Virus record (IMG/VR): IMGVR_UViG_3300045988_006734 | Length of the DNA: 45,515 nucleotides | From: a virus | Reading direction: 5' to 3' (one strand) | Part shown: one piece after another, positions 40,704-45,515 of the stretch | How the letters are laid out: each line of letters begins with the position of its first letter | How positions within the stretch are numbered: the stretch's first letter is position 1 | Translations under genes and position numbers: made by a program | Notes under the pieces: model-generated | Seen by the model: only the letters and a program-made list of their open reading frames with translations | Databases searched by the model: none | Told to the model about the DNA's origin: nothing

Positions 40704-42926
40704 ATGCAGAAGGTATCGAAAGCATATAAAGAAAGCATGAAATCTTCCCTCCGGGAGAGAGCATATATCATGCTCTCTTTCGGACTCGTAAACCAAGAAG
40801 CACAGGCAAAGGCAAGAATCGCTCCGGGCGATTTCGCTTACTTCTCCAATGCGGCGAACCTGTTCTCGGAGAAATCCGCTGAAATGGTCTATGCAACGCT
40901 TGAGGAAGATTTCACTAAGGTAGATGGTTCGATGTTGTTCCTCCCTCGAAGGAATAGCTCGGACACTTACTACGACACTGGCTTGGTCGGCGGCACACTG
41001 CTTTCCGAAGCACTGTATGAGCTTACGATCAACCTTAACACTGGTGCTACTGATTTCAAGGGTATCACAATCAATTTTGGTGAAAACTACCCTGTCGATT
41101 TCGACATGGTGAGCAGTAGCGGACAGACAATAGAAATTCGAGATAACACACTGGCTGAGTTTACTTCCGAGGAGGTTCTTGAGAACACGACCTACGTCAA
41201 GCTGGTCTTCTACAGAATGAAGAACCCTCAGAGCAGACTTCGTATCTACTCTATCCGCTTCGGTTACGGTCTCGTGTACTACAACGATTCTGTCATGAGT
41301 TCGTCTCTCGATAGTTACATTTCGCCCATCGGTGCGGACGTACCTCAGATTGACTTCTCTGTACAGCTCAAGAACTACGACCACTACTTCAACGTGGATA
41401 ACCCGAAATCCGCTATTAACTTCCTTGAAACAGGACAGGAAATGGAAATCTTCTATGGCTACCAGCTCCCGGACTCTGAGGAAATCGAGTGGGTTCGAGG
41501 AAACCACCTGTTGTGTTCTGAGTGGGAGTCGGACGATTACACGGCTACAATCCGTTGCCAAGACATTTTCCGTAATATGGACTCGGAATACTACAAAGGT
41601 ACATACACCAGTGCCGGAAGAAGTTATTTCGATTTGGCAAAGGAAATTCTTACTGACGCTGGTCTCAGTGATTACTATATTGACCCTCGTCTCAAGAAGC
41701 TGTACACGAAGAACCCTCTGCCGAGAGTCCAGCACAAAGAAGCATTGCAGATTATCGCAAATGCCTGTCGATGTGTCCTCTCTCAGACGAGATTTGGTTC
41801 TGTTCAGATCAAGTCTTCCTTCAACCCGGAAGCGGCGGCTTCCTCCAACGGTGAGACCGCTTATTCACAGGTTGGGAACATTCTGAATGACAGCGTGAAG
41901 GACGAGTACGCTTCCCTCGCTGGGAATTATACGGTGGCAAACGGCGGAATGCACTTCCTTCCTCGTAACGTCAGCGGTAACGTCCTCAACACTGGCTATG
42001 TGTCGAGTGCGATTTCCGATGAAAACGGCGAGTTTGGTACGAACCCTGTTGTTACCATCGTACAGGAAGCGGCTTGTATGTACTACGGTGTGAAGTTTGT
42101 CTTCGGACACGCTCTCCCGGCGGCAATCACAATCCGCACCTACAACAACGGCTCACTCGTAGAGGAATACGAGGTTGAGGACGAGATCACGAAGACGTTG
42201 GTTATCCTCCATGACTTTGATGATTTCGACACGATGAAAATTGAGTTCACGAAGACCGCTGAACCTCATAACCGCATTGTGCTGAATCATTTCAGTTTCG
42301 GTGACGTAACGGACTTCACTATGACTCGTACCGACATGACCTCCTCTCCGAAAGCAATCAAACAGGAGCTTATCAAGGAAGTCATTGTTCCTTGCTACAG
42401 CTATCAGAACGGTACGCTGGAAGAAAGCCTTGTGAGTGAGGAAATCGAGGTTGTGAACGGACAGGTGGAAACCTTCTTCATCGGTGAACCTTCCTACAAT
42501 TTCAGAGCTACGCTCGATGAAGGAAGCTCCGGGGTCTCCATCGTGGCAAGCGGCAATTACTATGTGACGCTGAAATTTTCTAAGACTGGTACGTTCCGTT
42601 TGGAGGTCTTCGGCTATCGCTACAAAATCGTTGAGCGGTATGCAATCAAGACCCTTCACAGTCGAGGTAAGACAATCAAATGGGAGAATCCTCTGATCTC
42701 CGATATGACGATGGCTACCGACCTTGCTGAATGGCTGGGCGAGTATTACACCGCTGGTATCGAGTATGAGTACAACACGAGGGGCAACCCGGAGATTGAC
42801 GCAAACGACATTGTGTACCAAGAGAATGAGTTCCACAAGGATATGAAGGTTACGATCTACCGTCAGACCTTGAATTTCAATCAGAGCTTTTCGGGCAAGG
42901 TTACAGCTCGAAGAATAGGAGGTTAA
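40704..42926 (+). CDS. Tail-associated / baseplate hub-like protein (740 aa)
   Basis: Synteny and size. Confidence 0.55.
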   Translation: MQKVSKAYKESMKSSLRERAYIMLSFGLVNQEAQAKARIAPGDFAYFSNAANLFSEKSAEMVYATLEEDFTKVDGSMLFLPRRNSSDTYYDTGLVGGTLLSEALYELTINLNTGATDFKGITINFGENYPVDFDMVSSSGQTIEIRDNTLAEFTSEEVLENTTYVKLVFYRMKNPQSRLRIYSIRFGYGLVYYNDSVMSSSLDSYISPIGADVPQIDFSVQLKNYDHYFNVDNPKSAINFLETGQEMEIFYGYQLPDSEEIEWVRGNHLLCSEWESDDYTATIRCQDIFRNMDSEYYKGTYTSAGRSYFDLAKEILTDAGLSDYYIDPRLKKLYTKNPLPRVQHKEALQIIANACRCVLSQTRFGSVQIKSSFNPEAAASSNGETAYSQVGNILNDSVKDEYASLAGNYTVANGGMHFLPRNVSGNVLNTGYVSSAISDENGEFGTNPVVTIVQEAACMYYGVKFVFGHALPAAITIRTYNNGSLVEEYEVEDEITKTLVILHDFDDFDTMKIEFTKTAEPHNRIVLNHFSFGDVTDFTMTRTDMTSSPKAIKQELIKEVIVPCYSYQNGTLEESLVSEEIEVVNGQVETFFIGEPSYNFRATLDEGSSGVSIVASGNYYVTLKFSKTGTFRLEVFGYRYKIVERYAIKTLHSRGKTIKWENPLISDMTMATDLAEWLGEYYTAGIEYEYNTRGNPEIDANDIVYQENEFHKDMKVTIYRQTLNFNQSFSGKVTARRIGG

Positions 42927-42928
42927 GC

Positions 42929-43360
42929 ATGGCATGGGTAACACCTAAAACCGATTGGAACGGTGAAACTGCCGCAGACGGTACTTATATCGGGGACAGG
43001 TTCAATGCTGTTGACTTCAACCGCATTAAGAATAACCTCGATTACCTCCGAGAGCTGGCAATCAAGCTCTATGACGAATTTGCTATCAATGCTCTCGGCT
43101 CTGACCGTACTCCGGCAGACTACTTCTACGCTGATGAAATCAATCGGCTGGAAGAAAATCTGACTACCATAAACAACAAAACTCTGAGAAGGTCTTATGG
43201 CACTGCGCCAACTTATGTAGATAACGGAAGGACGATGGACTTTACGGAACTGAACAGGCTGGAAAGTGCTATGCTCGACCTTTATGACAGACTCAGCAAT
43301 GAGTCGGAAGGGAGGAGAATGTTCACATGGAATTTCGGAATGAAGGGAGGTGGCTTGTAA
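42929..43360 (+). CDS. Tail fibre-associated protein
   Basis: MAWVTPKTDWN..FNAVDFNRIKNNLDYL N-terminus, typical of Firmicutes-phage fibre proteins. Confidence 0.5.
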   Translation: MAWVTPKTDWNGETAADGTYIGDRFNAVDFNRIKNNLDYLRELAIKLYDEFAINALGSDRTPADYFYADEINRLEENLTTINNKTLRRSYGTAPTYVDNGRTMDFTELNRLESAMLDLYDRLSNESEGRRMFTWNFGMKGGGL

Positions 43361-43990
43361 ATGGCATGGGAACGCTTACCTGTTAATTATACGGACGCTG
43401 TTTGGAGCGGACTGAAACGCTATTCGATGGTAAACAACGAAGACGGTACAGTCTCCTTCCAAGACGTGACGGTCTATAGCCACAAGGAAAACTCTTTCTT
43501 TGGTGCGAAGGACGCAAACCGTATGAACGAAGCATTGAACACCATCATGTCAATGCTGGAAAACGGTACAGACTTGTACACTGCATTTCAAGACTACTTC
43601 GCTACACAGAAGACTTTGTTCGAGCAGACCGCTACGGCTACTCAGACTGGTTTCGAGGAGTATGTTGCTGACTTGAAAGCCGAAGGTGATGAAATCATCG
43701 AGACGATCAAGACGGACTACCGGGACGAAATCACGGAGTTTGAAGCGGCACAGGAACAGGTTTTCAACACATGGTTCGAGCTTATCAAGGGGCAGTTGTC
43801 TACCGACATTGCCGGAAATCTGCAAAATCAGATTACTTACAATGGCGATAGAATCACTCTGCTTGAGTATATGGCTCAGAACAATGACTACGTTGCTCCT
43901 ATCACTACGGACGATGGCGATAAGACCGCAATCCTCGTTGATGATTTGGGTAACGCACTGATCGCAAACTGGAAATACAAGGAGGTATAA
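43361..43990 (+). CDS. Tail fibre-associated protein
   Basis: Synteny; AKDANRMNEAL motif. Confidence 0.45.
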   Translation: MAWERLPVNYTDAVWSGLKRYSMVNNEDGTVSFQDVTVYSHKENSFFGAKDANRMNEALNTIMSMLENGTDLYTAFQDYFATQKTLFEQTATATQTGFEEYVADLKAEGDEIIETIKTDYRDEITEFEAAQEQVFNTWFELIKGQLSTDIAGNLQNQITYNGDRITLLEYMAQNNDYVAPITTDDGDKTAILVDDLGNALIANWKYKEV

Positions 43991-43993
43991 CAA

Positions 43994-44884
43994 ATGTCTA
44001 CTCTACCCATTGAAAATGCAAAGAAGTTTACGGACTTGTCCGTAATCACCGAAGCTCCCGACAATGCGGTACTGCTCATTCACGATGGCAACGGAGTCAA
44101 GCAGATTTCCGCCGCCAATCTGAAAAAGGACGTGAAGGGTCTTATCGACACCGCACAGGCAATGATTAACGCAATCGCTACTACTGGTGCTGGCGCACAC
44201 AACGCTATCTACCGTGGTAAGTCTCTCGGTTCTGCCGTAACCGAAGCTCAGTGGGCGGCAATCAAGGCTGGCACGTTCGATGATATGTATATCGGTGACT
44301 ACTGGACTATCGGTGGTGTCGTTTACCGCATTGCGGCATTCGATTACTACTACAAGACTGGTGACACTTCCTGTGAGACTCACCACATCACTCTTGTGCC
44401 GGACGGTAATATGTACACTCACGTCATGAACGATACGAACATCACCACTGGTGCGTATGTCGGTTCTAAGATGTACACCGAAGGTCTGACACAGGCAAAG
44501 ACTACGATCAACAGTGCGTTTGGCGAAGCGCACGTTCTGAACCATCGTCAGTATTTGAAGAATGCTACGACTGATGGTTACGAGTCCGGCGGTAGCTGGT
44601 ATGACTCCACTGTGGAACTCATGACCGAGCAGAATGTGTACGGCGGTAAGATTTTCGGTAACAGTTTGAACGGCACTGCGCTTGCGGCGAACTATACCGT
44701 AGATAAGAGTCAGTACCCTCTGTTCGCTTTCCGCCCCGACATGATTTCCAATAGAGCGTGGTTTTGGCTGAGAGACGTAGTTTCCGCTTCCCGTTTCGCC
44801 GATGTCGACGGCGACGGTAATGCGCACTGCTACCACGCTTACCTTGCTGGCGGTGTCCGCCCCGCTTTCTCCATTAAATCTTAA
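43994..44884 (+). CDS. DGR target protein 1: tail fibre / receptor-binding protein with a C-terminal CLec-fold VR1
   Basis: Last tail gene; C-terminus WFWLRDVVSASRFADVDGDGNAHCYHAYLAGGVRPAFSIKS. Confidence 0.85.
   Translation: MSTLPIENAKKFTDLSVITEAPDNAVLLIHDGNGVKQISAANLKKDVKGLIDTAQAMINAIATTGAGAHNAIYRGKSLGSAVTEAQWAAIKAGTFDDMYIGDYWTIGGVVYRIAAFDYYYKTGDTSCETHHITLVPDGNMYTHVMNDTNITTGAYVGSKMYTEGLTQAKTTINSAFGEAHVLNHRQYLKNATTDGYESGGSWYDSTVELMTEQNVYGGKIFGNSLNGTALAANYTVDKSQYPLFAFRPDMISNRAWFWLRDVVSASRFADVDGDGNAHCYHAYLAGGVRPAFSIKS
44782..44869 (+). repeat. DGR variable repeat VR1
   Basis: 88 positions align with the TR: 16 differences at TR adenines plus one non-adenine difference (TR C69 vs A44841). Confidence 0.9.
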
Positions 44885-44887
44885 ATC

Positions 44888-44908
44888 TGCGCCCCCTTGT
44901 GGGGCGCA
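44888..44908 (+). promoter_or_regulatory. GC hairpin downstream of VR1 (TGCGCCCC cttgt GGGGCGCA)
   Basis: Identical to 17413-17433. Confidence 0.85.
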
Positions 44909-44927
44909 TGAACGGAGGTAATGACTT

Positions 44928-45515
44928 ATGTCTGTATTGAAACGAAATCGGAAAGCGTCTCAGTTCGAGGTTTTCCACCATCTAAATAAACTGAGACGAG
45001 ATATTACCGATTTGCTCCTCCGTGACTTCGGTTACAGCTTCGAGAAAGCCGAGAAACGGCTTGAGAGAAGATTCAGCGGACGCAGTTACGAGGAACTTAC
45101 CGAAATGGAAAAAGGAGTCTACGACAGGCTCAAGAAAAGGTGGGAAGCGTTTGACGAGTGGTTCATCGAAGACCAGCGGAAGATCATCGTGGACTGTCTG
45201 AGGGACATTACCAAAGAGGTGTATATTGCGAACAGCATTTACCCTACTTGCCGGGAAGAACTCATTCAGCGCAGACTCCACCAAGACGAAGCGTTAGGTC
45301 AGTGCTACAGGCTCACCCAAGAGCTACAGTATGCGATTGAAACTCTCCCTGTGAACACCTACACTCAGTTCGGTGACGCAATACAGACAGAAATCAACCT
45401 CATAAAAGGTTGGAGAAAGTCTGACAACAAATTTCATAGGGCAATCTCTGATTCCGCTTCCAATTTCGCCAATGTCAACAACAACGGTAATGCGAACTAC
45501 AACAACGCTTCCAAT
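44928..45515 (+). CDS. avd: Avd-like accessory variability determinant ORF (partial in the window; continues at base 74 to the stop at 113-115; 209 aa in total)
   Basis: SD GGAGGT 8 nt upstream. Helical, basic protein (..IANSIYPTCREELIQRRLHQDEALGQCYRLTQELQYAIE..INLIKGWRKS) located between VR1 and the TR. Confidence 0.6.
   Translation, partial: MSVLKRNRKASQFEVFHHLNKLRRDITDLLLRDFGYSFEKAEKRLERRFSGRSYEELTEMEKGVYDRLKKRWEAFDEWFIEDQRKIIVDCLRDITKEVYIANSIYPTCREELIQRRLHQDEALGQCYRLTQELQYAIETLPVNTYTQFGDAIQTEINLIKGWRKSDNKFHRAISDSASNFANVNNNGNANYNNASN

Larger units (their letters stand above)
1..45515. mobile_element. Complete temperate siphovirus-like phage/prophage genome (circular; unique length 45,442 bp)
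   Basis: Integrase, repressor/cro, replication, terminase, portal, capsid, tail, tape measure, tail fibre and lysis modules are all present. The window ends overlap by 73 bp. Confidence 0.9.

Noticed and set aside
38610-41735. 1041-aa minus-strand ORF (and 36645-38159 minus, 504 aa) opposite the tape measure and tail genes
   Set aside because: These are antisense shadow ORFs of long, well-supported + strand genes. They have low-complexity composition, no SD or start context, and would conflict with the whole tail module.
1-45515. Search by eye for tRNA, rRNA, tmRNA or CRISPR loci
   Set aside because: No cloverleaf-like GC-rich 70-90-nt segments and no repeat-spacer arrays were seen in the intergenic regions. 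A tRNAscan run would be needed to exclude them formally.

Overview
The window is one complete, circularly closed temperate siphovirus-type phage or prophage genome. Bases 1-73 recur at 45443-45515, so the unique length is 45,442 bp. AGGAGG-type ribosome-binding sites precede almost every gene, which suggests a Firmicutes/Clostridia-like host. Nearly all genes are on the + strand. In order: a DGR reverse transcriptase and lysis cassette (0.1-3.7 kb); a leftward large serine integrase and CI-like repressor (3.7-5.7 kb); a Cro-like switch; and a replication/recombination/nucleotide module (5.9-21.5 kb) with SLT, an Hjc-like resolvase, an SF2 helicase, a split family-B polymerase, ERF, a YqaJ exonuclease, DUF5664 and HD hydrolases, prim-pol, Dam, ThyX and a D5/P4 helicase. 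RtcB RNA ligase follows, then packaging, head and tail genes (23.2-44.9 kb). Three things stand out. (i) A diversity-generating retroelement (avd-TR-RT) has two 88-bp variable repeats. One lies in the terminal tail-fibre gene. The other lies in a promoter-equipped, non-structural DUF6273-like gene directly upstream of an orphan MazF-family toxin. (ii) A ~3.9-kb segment that contains terS and the accessory genes upstream of terL is bounded by four copies of a 17-bp site. These form two 108-bp palindromic elements, one overlapping the stop codon of a small serine invertase. GC-rich imperfect inverted repeats are nested inside. (iii) Several gene architectures are odd: an integrase whose catalytic N-terminus lies upstream of any canonical start, a split PolB, a PolB-ERF in-frame fusion, a G9 tract in Dam, and paralogous terminator-like hairpins bracketing terL. 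All functional calls come from motif recognition by eye; no database search was run.
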